Notes: generated by a model not told the origin, from the letters alone. 64,000 nt of DNA from Promethearchaeota archaeon (GCA_019057795.1 JAHLWS010000082.1:1-64000), one strand, 5' to 3'; positions 49,615-60,578 are shown, numbered from the stretch's first letter. Numbers and translations are program-made.

Positions 49615-50922
49615 ATGCCGTATATAAGATTTCTTGGTGGATGTAGAGAAGTAGGGAGGTCAGCAGTCCTAATTGAGTCAAATAATGGGGCACAATGCAT
49701 TTTGGATTATGGTATTAGATTCAAGGGCGAAGAGAGATTACCTTTAGATGATGATTTTGGCAATCTTAAAGCAATTGCGTTGTCTCACTGCCATGTAGAC
49801 CATTCTGGAGCTTTACCTTTTTTATTTAAAAACAAAGACATTCCCCTCTTTACCAACCCTCTAACGCTTAGAATGTCAGAGATATTGATAAAAGATACAA
49901 TAAAGATCTCCAATTATCCCTACCCCTTCGGGTATAGAGAGTTACAAAAAACAATTAAAAACGCTTCTTTTCTTAACAACGAAGTACGCCAGAAGATTGA
50001 CGATAATTTCTATATTACATTTTACGACGCAGGACACATTCCTGGTAGCGTATCTATATTAGTAGAAGTTGATAATAAGAGAATTCTTTACACGGGAGAT
50101 ATCAATACTCAAGAAACGAACCTAGTTTCTCCCGCAGAACCTTCTAAATTGCCTGAAATTGATGTTTTAATTACAGAATCCACGTATTCTTTAAGAGAAC
50201 ATCCTATAAGAGCGGAACTTGAAAAAAGATTTACTGATGATACCCTAAATATTATCGAAAACGGCGGAAAGGTCCTCGTTCCTGCTTTTGGGGTTGCTCG
50301 CTCACAAGAGATCTTGTTAGTTTTGCAAAAATACAATTTTAAAAGTGAAATATTTCTTGATGGTTTAGCAAGAAAAGTTTCGATAGAGTACGCTCAATTT
50401 CCTAATTCTTTTAGAAATTTTGCTGAATATAAGTCTGCTTTTAAAAAAGCTCAATTAATAACATCTAGAGAAAAAAGAAAGAATGTTAAAAAGAGATCAG
50501 ATGGTTTAATCATATCTCCATCAGGTATGTTAAAAGGAGGTGCTGCTCTTGAATATATCAGCTCAATTTTAAATGATCCAAGCTCAGCTGTTTTTCTCGT
50601 GGGATACCAAGTCGAAGGAACTCCAGGAAGAAAATTAATTGACGAAAGAATTTTCGAGTTTAAAGAAAGAAACAGTAGGAATTATCGTACAAGAGATATT
50701 TTTATCAAGGCAAAATGTAATGTAGATTATTACGATTTTTCTAGCCACGCGGATAAAATTCATTTACACAGATATATTGAAGATTTAAAGTTTCAAAACG
50801 ATTCTAAATTTATTTTTTGTATACATGGAGATCCAAAAGCAACAACATCATTTGCTTACGATTTGTCAGACAAAGGTTTTAATTCAGTTGCTCCTGAAAT
50901 CGGTGAAACTTATAAGATATAA
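49615..50922 (+). CDS. MBL-fold beta-CASP ribonuclease (aCPSF2/YSH1-like)
   Basis: GGCREVGRS, SHCHVDHSG, AGHIPGS, YTGD, ESTY, FSSHAD and IHGD. Confidence 0.9.
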   Translation: MPYIRFLGGCREVGRSAVLIESNNGAQCILDYGIRFKGEERLPLDDDFGNLKAIALSHCHVDHSGALPFLFKNKDIPLFTNPLTLRMSEILIKDTIKISNYPYPFGYRELQKTIKNASFLNNEVRQKIDDNFYITFYDAGHIPGSVSILVEVDNKRILYTGDINTQETNLVSPAEPSKLPEIDVLITESTYSLREHPIRAELEKRFTDDTLNIIENGGKVLVPAFGVARSQEILLVLQKYNFKSEIFLDGLARKVSIEYAQFPNSFRNFAEYKSAFKKAQLITSREKRKNVKKRSDGLIISPSGMLKGGAALEYISSILNDPSSAVFLVGYQVEGTPGRKLIDERIFEFKERNSRNYRTRDIFIKAKCNVDYYDFSSHADKIHLHRYIEDLKFQNDSKFIFCIHGDPKATTSFAYDLSDKGFNSVAPEIGETYKI

Positions 50923-50950
50923 AAAATTGCAGATTAAAGGAACAATTTCG

Positions 50951-52456
50951 TTATTCTTGTAATTGCTTTTTAATTATTTTATTACAGTTTTCTAAAAAGA
51001 CATCAATTTTATCAACTGGGACTTTTGTACCTGCAGCTGGCGGATGACCTCCCCCTAATGCGTCTAAATTTGAAAGTTTTAGTGCTTCTCTAATCACCTC
51101 TGAAAGGTTTACCCCCTTTTTCACAATACTTTCATGTGCCCTACCCGATATTTTATATACTTCTTCCTCGTTTCTTTTTGCACACCCAAAAATAGGTTTT
51201 GATTTATCTATTATATCACTTTTACTAAACATTAACATAGAAGCAATCGTACCAATAATAGTTTCTGATATGACTTCTTCTCCAAAAAAAAATTGGATGT
51301 GCTCTTTGAGTTGAATTTTATTTTCATCCTGTATCCATGATAATGCTTGGGCTAAAGATTTCTTGTACTCTATTAAATGCTCTCTTGCTTTCTTATAAGC
51401 GATTCTTCTATCACCCATTGCAATAGCGATTCCTAACGATCCATTATGACTTCTCCCGCATGAATTTAAAAGATAAGAAAATTCTTTTAAATCGTGTAAT
51501 TCAGAACTAACTAATTCATTTTTTAATATATACCTATTAATAATAAGCTTGTTTGTAATTTCAGAAGGCTCAACACCAAGTTTAAGAGATACATATCTAA
51601 TTATGGCCGAAGAAATTTTCTGTTTTTCTTCTTGGTTAAAATCATTTAATGTTCTTATATTTCCATCTGAATTTTCCATTAAAATTCCTAAAGTTTGTAA
51701 AAATTTTAACATTTTACTCGTATTTCCACTTAATCCCGGTAGATTAATATCGGAAGAGTAGGCTATTGCTTCATTTATAGGTTTAATAGGAGAAAAATTC
51801 AAGTCATTTATCTTTTCGACTAAATCTGCCTTAGTGGCATGTTCTAAAATAATAGAATTTAACCCGGTAAAAGAATTATAAGGCCCCCGATTTTGAATAT
51901 CACCCGTTGCCCCTATTAGTGCTATTGGAGACAAATCTAAATTATTCTCATTTAACGCTTTAGCAAAGAAGTAACAAATTCCTGCTCCAGAAATTTCTGT
52001 ACTACCATCAATTTCATAAAAATAAGGATTTATATGCCAAGGCTTTGAATTTTTGTAAACTTCTTTAATTTTATCGTCATTCTTATCTGAAATATTCTGG
52101 GGGAAATGGTGATCTAAAATAATATAAGGAGTATTTATTTTATCATTATTCAATTTATCATCGAGTTCTAAATATTGTCCACTTCCAAAATCGGAAAAAA
52201 TCACCAAATTATTATAGTCCTGAACCTTTTCTGCGATTTTTATAATCTCTTCTCTTTCTAATTGTCTTAACACAGAAATCTGAAAAGGAATACGCTCTCT
52301 ATATAGAGCCTTCCCAAGAATTGCCCCAGATGTTAACCCATCTGCATCTAAATGAGTATATATCTGAACAGAAGCCTCAGATTTTTTTAAATGATCTTGA
52401 AACCATTTTATTGTTTCTGTTAGATCAGAGGTTAATAATTTAAGTTTTTTTTTCAT
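50951..52456 (-). CDS. RecJ/GAN (Cdc45-related) DHH-family protein
   Basis: HLDADG, SDFGSG, LDHH, GATGDIQ, LNSCGR and DHHA1 GGGHPPAAG. Confidence 0.88.
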   Translation of the reverse strand: MKKKLKLLTSDLTETIKWFQDHLKKSEASVQIYTHLDADGLTSGAILGKALYRERIPFQISVLRQLEREEIIKIAEKVQDYNNLVIFSDFGSGQYLELDDKLNNDKINTPYIILDHHFPQNISDKNDDKIKEVYKNSKPWHINPYFYEIDGSTEISGAGICYFFAKALNENNLDLSPIALIGATGDIQNRGPYNSFTGLNSIILEHATKADLVEKINDLNFSPIKPINEAIAYSSDINLPGLSGNTSKMLKFLQTLGILMENSDGNIRTLNDFNQEEKQKISSAIIRYVSLKLGVEPSEITNKLIINRYILKNELVSSELHDLKEFSYLLNSCGRSHNGSLGIAIAMGDRRIAYKKAREHLIEYKKSLAQALSWIQDENKIQLKEHIQFFFGEEVISETIIGTIASMLMFSKSDIIDKSKPIFGCAKRNEEEVYKISGRAHESIVKKGVNLSEVIREALKLSNLDALGGGHPPAAGTKVPVDKIDVFLENCNKIIKKQLQE

Positions 52457-52541
52457 TTTTTTATAAAATTTTAATATAAACTTAATTTAATATATTAAAA
52501 TAAGAATTTAATATTAAATACTCAATTAAAAAAAATTTTAA

Positions 52542-53549
52542 GTGAAAAATATGACACACCATGTCAAAATTAATGAGCTAACTTTAAAGCTTGTTGAAAA
52601 AATAATTGAAAATAAAGAATTTTATAAAGCCGAAATACATAAATTTGATAATGGCGCTACAGTCTTAGATATGACAAATGCATCTTGGAACGGGGGAAAA
52701 CTAGTTGGTGAAATTTGTATGGGCGGATTAGGAACGGTTGATTTTACTTCCTATAACTTAGATGGTCATTATATACCGAGTGTCAATGTTTATACTTCCG
52801 AACCAATAATTTCTTGTATGGCATCTCAACTAGCGGGATGGAATGTAAAATTGAAAAAAGAAGTAGAAAAAGAAGGCGTAATAAAAAAAAAGACAATTTT
52901 TCAATCATTAGGTTCAGGACCTGCTAGAGCTAAAAGTAAAGTTGAAAAGTTATTTGAAGAAATTAATTACGCCGATGATTCGGACTGTGCTGTGATTGTT
53001 TTTGAAACCGCAAAGTTGCCTAACGAAGAAGTGATGGCAATAGTAGCAGAAAAATGTGGAGTAGATGCAAGTAAGACTTATGCCGTCTGCGCGCCTACTG
53101 CTTGTTTAACGGGGTCTATCCAAGTTGCTGCTAGAATCGTAGAAACGGGTATACATAAACTCCATGAAATACATTTTCCTTTAGATGTGCTCAAAGATGG
53201 TTTTGGAACGACTACAATAGCTCCTATTGCTAAAGATGATCTTGGAGCTATGGGGCGAACTAATGATTCAATTAGTGCAGCTGGTATGACTTACTATACA
53301 ATTGATGTCGAAAAAGACAAACAAGCTGAGATTTTTGATCTGCTTAAAAAAGCTCCAGCCAATACATCGTCTAGCTATGGAAGACCATTTATAGAAACAT
53401 TTAAAGCAGCGAATTATGATTTTTATGCGATTGATCCAGGATTATTCGCTCCGGCTATTTATACTGTAACGAATGTTCAAACAGGAAAGAGTATTACAGT
53501 TGGTGAAATTAACCATAATTTATTAAAAGAGTCCTATAAGTTAAATTAA
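52542..53549 (+). CDS. mch: Methenyl-H4MPT cyclohydrolase
   Basis: ICMGGLG, CMASQLAGW, GSGPARA, GSIQVAARIVETG, AMGRTND and YDFYAIDPGLFAPA. Confidence 0.96.
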   Translation: MKNMTHHVKINELTLKLVEKIIENKEFYKAEIHKFDNGATVLDMTNASWNGGKLVGEICMGGLGTVDFTSYNLDGHYIPSVNVYTSEPIISCMASQLAGWNVKLKKEVEKEGVIKKKTIFQSLGSGPARAKSKVEKLFEEINYADDSDCAVIVFETAKLPNEEVMAIVAEKCGVDASKTYAVCAPTACLTGSIQVAARIVETGIHKLHEIHFPLDVLKDGFGTTTIAPIAKDDLGAMGRTNDSISAAGMTYYTIDVEKDKQAEIFDLLKKAPANTSSSYGRPFIETFKAANYDFYAIDPGLFAPAIYTVTNVQTGKSITVGEINHNLLKESYKLN

Positions 53550-53612
53550 AATTAACTTTATCAATATAACTCTAATTTTTTTTTATTTTATACTAAATAA
53601 CGGTTCAAAAAT

Positions 53613-54806
53613 CTAAAAATTAGTTAATTCTCTTTGATATTTTAATATTTCTACATCGGAGATATCTTTATCAACTTTAATTTGTTTATGGATTCCTAAA
53701 TAAGCACAAGCTATTTTAGCTGCTGCAGCAATTTCAGCTTTTTTTAAGGTTAGAGAATATTCGTCAACAGGTTGTGCTTGATCGATATAGCGTGTTTTTC
53801 GATAATTTCTCTCATTTTGTATTGATTCATCTAAAAATGGGTCGTATTGGTAATTTTTTTCTTGTAATTCTGTAGCTCTTTCAGATTTCATCTTGTATAA
53901 TAAAGAAGCCATTTTATCAGCTACATTGAAAGGTAATTGATTTTTTATTATAATTCTAATGATGTTGTTTATGTCAAAATAATTTAAGGTGTCATACTTT
54001 GCTCTTATAAAGCATTTAAGGTTTTCAGAATTTTTTTGACATTCTATCTCTGTCCAATCGTGAATCGCCATCTTCCTTCGGAAAAAGATTAATTCCCAAT
54101 CGATTCCTAACTCTTTTAAAAATTTAAATAATTTGTCATCATTCGGTTTTCTTGATTCTATAATAATAAATAATTGTAGACCATAGTACTTATGCTCTTC
54201 TTGTAGGAAATATCCTCGCTGTTGCATTGACGCAAGAATTTTGATCTTTAAAGAGTAAATATTATCAGAAACTTCCCTTTTTTCACAATTTAAATAAATT
54301 ACATTTCCTTCTTCACTAATATATTCACTATCAAGAAAGCCTAAAATGCTATCATCGTTTTCTTGAATAAAATCCCTCAATCCACTAAGAGTTGGTTTTA
54401 CATCATACTTTGTTAAATCATTTTCTCTGATTGTAACGTAATCCGTATTACTTCCTCCAACTGCTAATTTAATAGATTTCAATTTTAACTCTTTTTCCTC
54501 TCCAAACACAATTTTAAAAGCATCAATTAAGGGAAAAATTTCATTCTCTAAAATTTTTAGATTAGCCATTGAACTTTCAAAAGGTTGCGGCGAATCAAGC
54601 AATTTGTTTAATACTGGCGCCTCTGAAGCATCGACTTCAATTTCATAATCTTTTGCTAAGTTCTTTCGAATAATACAAAAAGATCTTCTTTTTTTATTAT
54701 ATATAGAAAGAGATGTATAATTGTCTATAACCGCTCGAAATTGTTCGTTGTACATATCATCAAAACTTTTCGATTTGAGCTTTCTTTTTCTCATGAGCTT
54801 AGCCAA
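53613..54806 (-). CDS. Hypothetical protein
   Basis: 397 aa ORF; no family recognised. Confidence 0.75.
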   Translation of the reverse strand: MAKLMRKRKLKSKSFDDMYNEQFRAVIDNYTSLSIYNKKRRSFCIIRKNLAKDYEIEVDASEAPVLNKLLDSPQPFESSMANLKILENEIFPLIDAFKIVFGEEKELKLKSIKLAVGGSNTDYVTIRENDLTKYDVKPTLSGLRDFIQENDDSILGFLDSEYISEEGNVIYLNCEKREVSDNIYSLKIKILASMQQRGYFLQEEHKYYGLQLFIIIESRKPNDDKLFKFLKELGIDWELIFFRRKMAIHDWTEIECQKNSENLKCFIRAKYDTLNYFDINNIIRIIIKNQLPFNVADKMASLLYKMKSERATELQEKNYQYDPFLDESIQNERNYRKTRYIDQAQPVDEYSLTLKKAEIAAAAKIACAYLGIHKQIKVDKDISDVEILKYQRELTNF

Positions 54807-55068
54807 AAAATATTCTTTGTTTATTTAATAAAAAAACAATTTTATAATTTTATGTATATGAAAAAATATAATTGTCTTTTATTAATATTACTCAATTAAT
54901 AATCTTTTGATAACTTTTTATTAAAAAATAGCATAGCTAGTTAGTTTATTATTACATTATACGGTATTTAGAATTTTATGCGATCCTAATCTCTTAATTA
55001 AACATAAATCAAGTAAAAGTTCTAAAAGCAGAGTAACAAAAGTAAATTCATTGAACTTAAATAAAATT

Positions 55069-55248
55069 CTAATCTAATTCGTCCTCTAAGAAGTATTTAC
55101 TTCCCTTTTTCTTATATATTATTGTTGAGCCAAAAGTATTTCGCATAGTATATTTGTCTCCTTCAACTTCTAATAATTCAATAGAATAAGGCAACGCTCT
55201 ATCTTTTAGTATTTCATTGACAATTCTTTTTTCTTCTGCAGGGTCCAT
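55069..55248 (-). CDS. Small hypothetical protein (59 aa), missed by the ORF track
   Basis: MDPAEEKRIVNEILKDRALPYSIELLEVEGDKYTMRNTFGSTIIYKKKGSKYFLEDELD*. Protein-like composition; fills the gap between genes. Confidence 0.7.
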   Translation of the reverse strand: MDPAEEKRIVNEILKDRALPYSIELLEVEGDKYTMRNTFGSTIIYKKKGSKYFLEDELD

Positions 55249-55319
55249 AATATAAAAATATCATGCGGTAAAAAAAAATTTTCTGTTTTCTTAAAATGAT
55301 ATGTTTAAATAAAAGTTAC

Positions 55320-55802
55320 TTACAACGATGCTTTTCCCGTTATCTCAATAATATTTAATCTTATAATACATATGTTATCATATGCTTGTTTATTTTTAAG
55401 GAGTCTTTTTTTAATTTTACCTGGATTATCTTCTAAGTGATTTAGAATGATGTTAAACCCGTGTTTTTTTTCTTCCAAATCCTCTACAGTTGCCATTTTA
55501 CCCCAGAACACGATAGAACGGTACTTATGAGAACAATCGTTCATTACATAACCTAGATCGTCCACTATTGTGCCACACACATTCGAGTTTTCCCTTAAAA
55601 ACTCAACCTTTAACCCTTCTTTAGCACTATGAAAGTATAAAGAATTCCGTTTCAAGTCAAAACCATAACTTAAAGTTACGATATAAGGTTCGTTAGCTCT
55701 ACACATTGAAATCGTCGCAAACTTTCCATTTTTCAATATTTCAATTATTTTATTTTTATTCGTTATTTCCCTTTCTTTTTTTTTCATATGATATTTCAGC
55801 AT
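55320..55802 (-). CDS. Pyridoxamine 5'-phosphate oxidase-like / NimA-family flavin-binding protein
   Basis: KEREIT, PYIVTLSYG, LYFHSAKEGLK, YRSIVFWG and ITGK. Confidence 0.88.
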   Translation of the reverse strand: MLKYHMKKKEREITNKNKIIEILKNGKFATISMCRANEPYIVTLSYGFDLKRNSLYFHSAKEGLKVEFLRENSNVCGTIVDDLGYVMNDCSHKYRSIVFWGKMATVEDLEEKKHGFNIILNHLEDNPGKIKKRLLKNKQAYDNICIIRLNIIEITGKASL

Positions 55803-56058
55803 ATCTCACACTAATATTTAAATTATTATTTCCAAATAATTTTGCCTAAAAATTGCGTAATAATAGTAATTCCTCTGGATATTACTCTATTATTTAAAAA
55901 ACTAATCTCAATCAAAAATAATCGTAAATAAAACTAACGGTCTCAACGGTTTTATTAAGAAATCGTGAAAAATTTAATAAAAACTTATGTTTAAAATATA
56001 AATAAACTTCTAGATAAACATACAATACAATTAAAATATTTGTTTTTGGATAATAACC

Positions 56059-57306
56059 ATGGCTAAACAGGTACTTGAAATCGGCTTTTTCAGCACAATG
56101 TACAGTCAGATTAATGGTACTGCTCATGCTGTTCGATTTTTATCCGAAGCAATCGCAAAACTTGGTCATAATGTTCATGTTTTTGCTCCTCGAGTTCAAA
56201 ATGGGTACAAAAAGCCGAAAACTTTACATTTTCACGAAGTTGGGGGTGTAATGATTGCACCTAAAACGGGTTTTGTTTTAAGTGCCCCTATACATAAAAT
56301 CTTTTTCTGCAAACACGATTATCTCGATATTTCCCACATCCATACGCATGCTGTTGTAGGATCTATGGCCGTAAATTGGTCCAAATATTTAGGGATTCCA
56401 ATGATAGGAACTCATAATAGTCCTATGCAATATTACACAGCTCAATATGTTCCGATCATTGGTAAACTACTGACAAAAGGCGACCTTATTTGGAGATACG
56501 AACGCCATATAGTAGATAAATACGATATTGTTCATGTCGCTACAAAATCCAAAAAAGATTTGTTAAGAGATTACAGATTTAAAGAACCAATAGTTTGTAT
56601 GACGAATGGTATTCACGATTTATATTTTACAAATTTGAAAGAAAATGGGATTCGTGAAAAATATAATTTAGAAGGTAAAAAGGTCCTTTTATATGCATCA
56701 AGGCTATCCCCAGAAAAACACCCCATAGATATTATTAAAATATTTAAAGAAGTACATAAAGCAATTCCTAACGCTCACCTATTATTAGTTGGAAGCGACG
56801 GTCCATCAACTGACCAAGTAAAAAGAATAATTAAAAAGAAACAATATCGAGATTTCGTTTCGTATGCTGGTAGAATACCTTTTCCAGATTTATTAAAATT
56901 ATATGATACAGCAGATCTAACTTGCTTGTGGTCGTGGGTTGAAGCTGAGGGGCTTGTACTACTCGAAGCGATGGCTCAGGGAACCCCTTCTGTTGGAGCA
57001 AATGCTTGTGGAATTAGCAATATAATTCGACATGGTGAAACGGGATATTTAGCAAATAATCTCGATCAATTTAAAGATTATGTTATAAAGTTATTAAAAG
57101 ATGACGATCTTAGGGCAGAATTTGGAAAAAATGCTCAAAAAGTAGCTCAAGATTATAGAGTAAGCGAAATTGCAAAAACATGGATTAAGTTATACAATTT
57201 CACAATTAACGAACTCTATCCTTTACGATACAATAGAAAAGATAGAAAAACTCGTGTGGAGTTAGTAAAAGAATTTATCCTACACTTGCCAAATGTAACC
57301 TTTTAA
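56059..57306 (+). CDS. GT4-family glycosyltransferase (diacylglycerol glucosyltransferase-like)
   Basis: YSQINGT, GHNVHVFAP, RLSPEK and EAEGLVLLEAMAQGTP. Confidence 0.9.
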   Translation: MAKQVLEIGFFSTMYSQINGTAHAVRFLSEAIAKLGHNVHVFAPRVQNGYKKPKTLHFHEVGGVMIAPKTGFVLSAPIHKIFFCKHDYLDISHIHTHAVVGSMAVNWSKYLGIPMIGTHNSPMQYYTAQYVPIIGKLLTKGDLIWRYERHIVDKYDIVHVATKSKKDLLRDYRFKEPIVCMTNGIHDLYFTNLKENGIREKYNLEGKKVLLYASRLSPEKHPIDIIKIFKEVHKAIPNAHLLLVGSDGPSTDQVKRIIKKKQYRDFVSYAGRIPFPDLLKLYDTADLTCLWSWVEAEGLVLLEAMAQGTPSVGANACGISNIIRHGETGYLANNLDQFKDYVIKLLKDDDLRAEFGKNAQKVAQDYRVSEIAKTWIKLYNFTINELYPLRYNRKDRKTRVELVKEFILHLPNVTF

Positions 57307-58004
57307 AAATTATCTCTCTCTCTAACTTTTTCTAGTTTTAATTTACATTTCTCACATAGATAAATAGATTTTCTATCAATTTCTTTAATATTTTTAGAGA
57401 AGCGCATAACACAATAATCGTTAAGGCAATGCCCACAATCTAATATTAAATGTCCAATTTCATGAATTACTTCTTTAAAGATCCTCCTTTCTATCTTTTT
57501 CAATTTAAACTCTTCAAGATTAAATAAATCTATAAGGTTATGAGTAGACACTATAGCACACATATATTTAATATGTGCCTCTCCAAATAGAAATAATAAA
57601 TTTTCATTACTACTAGAATAGATTGGTAAATTTGTCAATCCTAGACCAATATCTATATTATATTCAAATTTTTTATCAATAATAATTTCATAAAATTTAC
57701 TAGTTGGTTGGAGGAGCACCTTTTCTGAAGATTTATTTAATAAATTATATTCCTCCTTAACCCTTAATTCAAACATATCAGGGTGTAAATTTGTATCTGC
57801 TATAAATTGAATGTCAAAAAAAAAAGAATCGAATGTTTGATCCAAATGAAATCTCAACTTGTTTAACATAGACATTGAAACATTACCTATAAAAATAATT
57901 CCCAAATGACATGGAAAAATAATTTGTCTATATTTAGATTGATTTATTGGTAAAGCTAGAGCGTGCTTATTTAAAAAATCTTTATCATTTTGAAATTTTG
58001 ACAT
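57303..58004 (-). CDS. Archaemetzincin (M54)-like zinc metalloprotease
   Basis: FLFGEA and RIFKEVIHEIGHL...GHC....CVMRFS....DRK....C..C. Confidence 0.85.
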   Translation of the reverse strand: MSKFQNDKDFLNKHALALPINQSKYRQIIFPCHLGIIFIGNVSMSMLNKLRFHLDQTFDSFFFDIQFIADTNLHPDMFELRVKEEYNLLNKSSEKVLLQPTSKFYEIIIDKKFEYNIDIGLGLTNLPIYSSSNENLLFLFGEAHIKYMCAIVSTHNLIDLFNLEEFKLKKIERRIFKEVIHEIGHLILDCGHCLNDYCVMRFSKNIKEIDRKSIYLCEKCKLKLEKVRERDNF

Positions 58005-58123
58005 AATAAAATTATTTTAACAAACGGTTATACTCTTTTTTTATTCATAATTATTATCTATTTAAGCTATTAATAATTTTATTAATTTAAATAATTATTA
58101 TAAAAATCTTTCCTAATATTGTA

Positions 58124-59191
58124 ATGTCGGATAATCCTAAACATGTAAATTCTCAAGACGATGACCAAAGAGATGCTCAATTAAATTTGGAAATTAACGA
58201 GAAGCAAAAAGAAGTAATAGAAAAAGATTTTGTACCTCACTTTCTACCTACATACAGAATTAAATCTTTGTTATATCCCTTACCTATTATAATAGTTATT
58301 GTTTTTGCTGCTATTTTAGCTTACCTCACATTTTTTGTTGCGGGTATTCAGATTGAAGAAAGCTACTTTCCTGAAGACGAATTTGGGCCCTTGGCCGTCG
58401 TATTAAATGGGGTTATATTCACTATAGTGGCAGTAGTTTCAGCGTTTGTTATCGTCTTTTTAATAAAAAAATTTGGAATAGGCGTTTTAAAATACATTTT
58501 TGGACTGAGTTTTGCTTTTATAAGTTTCTTTATGACTCTATTGTTTTCTGAGGTAATTATATATTTAATCTTTGTCCAATTTCCTGAAACTACTTTCGTT
58601 TTGAAACTTTATTTTCTATTTATTAACGTCTACTTGCCAATACTGACGGCAATTTTAGTCTTTCTACTACTTTACAAATACTTTACTTCAAAATCAATTA
58701 ATACAAAAAACTTAATCGTTTTATACGTCAGCTTATTAATTAGTGCTTCGATGAGTATTATTTTGCCCTTTTGGAGCACATTAGCTATATTAATTGGCAT
58801 CTCGCTTTGGGATATCTTTGGAGTTCTTTATAAACATGGTCCAATTAAAGCTATGATGGATATAGCTACCCAAAATGACGATGAAAATAGCTTAACAAAA
58901 GCAGAAATAAAAGAAAAAATTAAAAACGGTGAGACAATCTACGATACCTCTAAACTAGAGATTGGTATCGGAGATTTGGCTTTTTACAGTTTACTTACTT
59001 CCAGCGTCCTTCTTTATACAAATAACATAATAATTATGATTTTAACCACAGTTGCAATTCTGATCGGAACAGGAATTACAATATCGGGATTAAAAAGAAA
59101 TAAAATTTTGCCTGGGCTCCCAATTTCTATTTTCTTAGGCATAGGTGCTTTTTTACTGTCTCAATTTGTAATTAATATCTTTTTTATGTGA
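58124..59191 (+). CDS. Presenilin-family (A22) intramembrane aspartyl protease
   Basis: About 9 TM segments, catalytic SLWD and GIGD, and PGLP (PAL motif). Confidence 0.88.
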   Translation: MSDNPKHVNSQDDDQRDAQLNLEINEKQKEVIEKDFVPHFLPTYRIKSLLYPLPIIIVIVFAAILAYLTFFVAGIQIEESYFPEDEFGPLAVVLNGVIFTIVAVVSAFVIVFLIKKFGIGVLKYIFGLSFAFISFFMTLLFSEVIIYLIFVQFPETTFVLKLYFLFINVYLPILTAILVFLLLYKYFTSKSINTKNLIVLYVSLLISASMSIILPFWSTLAILIGISLWDIFGVLYKHGPIKAMMDIATQNDDENSLTKAEIKEKIKNGETIYDTSKLEIGIGDLAFYSLLTSSVLLYTNNIIIMILTTVAILIGTGITISGLKRNKILPGLPISIFLGIGAFLLSQFVINIFFM

Positions 59192-59269
59192 TTTTCGATT
59201 TTCTACTATATAATGGATTGATAAATTATGTTCATTATTAATTAAAAATTCTAAAAGTTGAGAGAAATA

Positions 59270-60460
59270 ATGGTTGATTTAAGTCTTATTAAAACATTTA
59301 CGGTTGTTGGTGCCGGAACTATGGGGAGAGAAATAGCACAAGTTGCTTTAATGTCAGATATGTTTGACAAGGTTATTTTGAACGACATTAACGAAAATGC
59401 TCTAAATAACGCGAAAAAATATATTAAACTTGGTATAGAAAAAATTGAATCTAAAGGAAAGTTAGGCCAAGGATTAACCACGCTTTCTCTAATTAAAAAC
59501 CTCATTATTGATAAAAATCTAATTAATTCTATTAAAGAAGCAGATTTTATTGTAGAAGCGATACCCGAAGTAATGGAATTAAAGCAAGATCTATTCAAAG
59601 AACTAGGGCAACACGCGCCAGAACATGCAGTATTAGCAACAAATACGTCAACGATGAGCATTTCTAAAATCGCCGAAGCGTCAAACAGGCCCGAACAAGT
59701 AATTGGGATGCATTTTTTTACGCCTATTCCGTTACTCCGATTAATTGAATTAATTAAAGGAGAAAAAACATCTCAAGAAGCGTTTAACTTGGGAGTAGCA
59801 ATTGGTCAAAAGCTACCAGCGCTCAAAGGCAAAAGATATATAGCAAAAATAGAAAAAGAAAGTCCAGGCTTTATTGTAAACCGCTTAACCATTGCAACAA
59901 GCCTCTTATTTAATTGGATTTTAGATATGGCTACTGATAAAGGGATTCCTTACGAGAAAATCGACAACGACTTCGTGTCTCCCCCTGGATTGGGGCCTTT
60001 AGCTAAATGGGATTTTTTAGGCTTAGATGTTGTTTGTGATGTCATGAATTACTTTGTCAAAGAAATATCGCCTGAATTTACTCCTGGTAAAACGCTTACA
60101 AACCTTCTCAAAGAAGGTAATCTGGGACGAAAAACGGCGAGAGGTATTTACGAATGGGTTGAAGGAAAACCTAATCGTAAAACTGATGAAAAAGCAGGAT
60201 TATTCAACCCAGAACAATATTATGCAATTCAATTAAACGAAGGTTGTAGATTATTAGAGGAAAAAATTGTTTCTGGATATAAAGTAATTGACGACACTAT
60301 GTTAGCTGGAATGGACATGCCCGGACCTTTTGGAGTTGGTAAAAAGAATTACGAAAAATGGTCTCAAATGTTAGACGATCTTTCAGAATTTACTGGAATA
60401 GCCTATTTTAGACCGTGCAACTTAATGAAATCTGGAAATTTTCTAAAAATGCGAAAATAA
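59270..60460 (+). CDS. 3-hydroxyacyl-CoA dehydrogenase
   Basis: VVGAGTMG, EAIPE...K, LATNTST, GMHFF, PGFIVNR and a duplicated C-terminal domain. Confidence 0.93.
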   Translation: MVDLSLIKTFTVVGAGTMGREIAQVALMSDMFDKVILNDINENALNNAKKYIKLGIEKIESKGKLGQGLTTLSLIKNLIIDKNLINSIKEADFIVEAIPEVMELKQDLFKELGQHAPEHAVLATNTSTMSISKIAEASNRPEQVIGMHFFTPIPLLRLIELIKGEKTSQEAFNLGVAIGQKLPALKGKRYIAKIEKESPGFIVNRLTIATSLLFNWILDMATDKGIPYEKIDNDFVSPPGLGPLAKWDFLGLDVVCDVMNYFVKEISPEFTPGKTLTNLLKEGNLGRKTARGIYEWVEGKPNRKTDEKAGLFNPEQYYAIQLNEGCRLLEEKIVSGYKVIDDTMLAGMDMPGPFGVGKKNYEKWSQMLDDLSEFTGIAYFRPCNLMKSGNFLKMRK

Positions 60461-60578
60461 TTTGTCATAAAGCTCTAATTAAGATATCAAATTTTAAGTA
60501 AATAAATTTTCAAGAATAAATATTAATTTATAACATATATTAATCTAAATTATCGATACAATTATTTCTTCATGAAAA

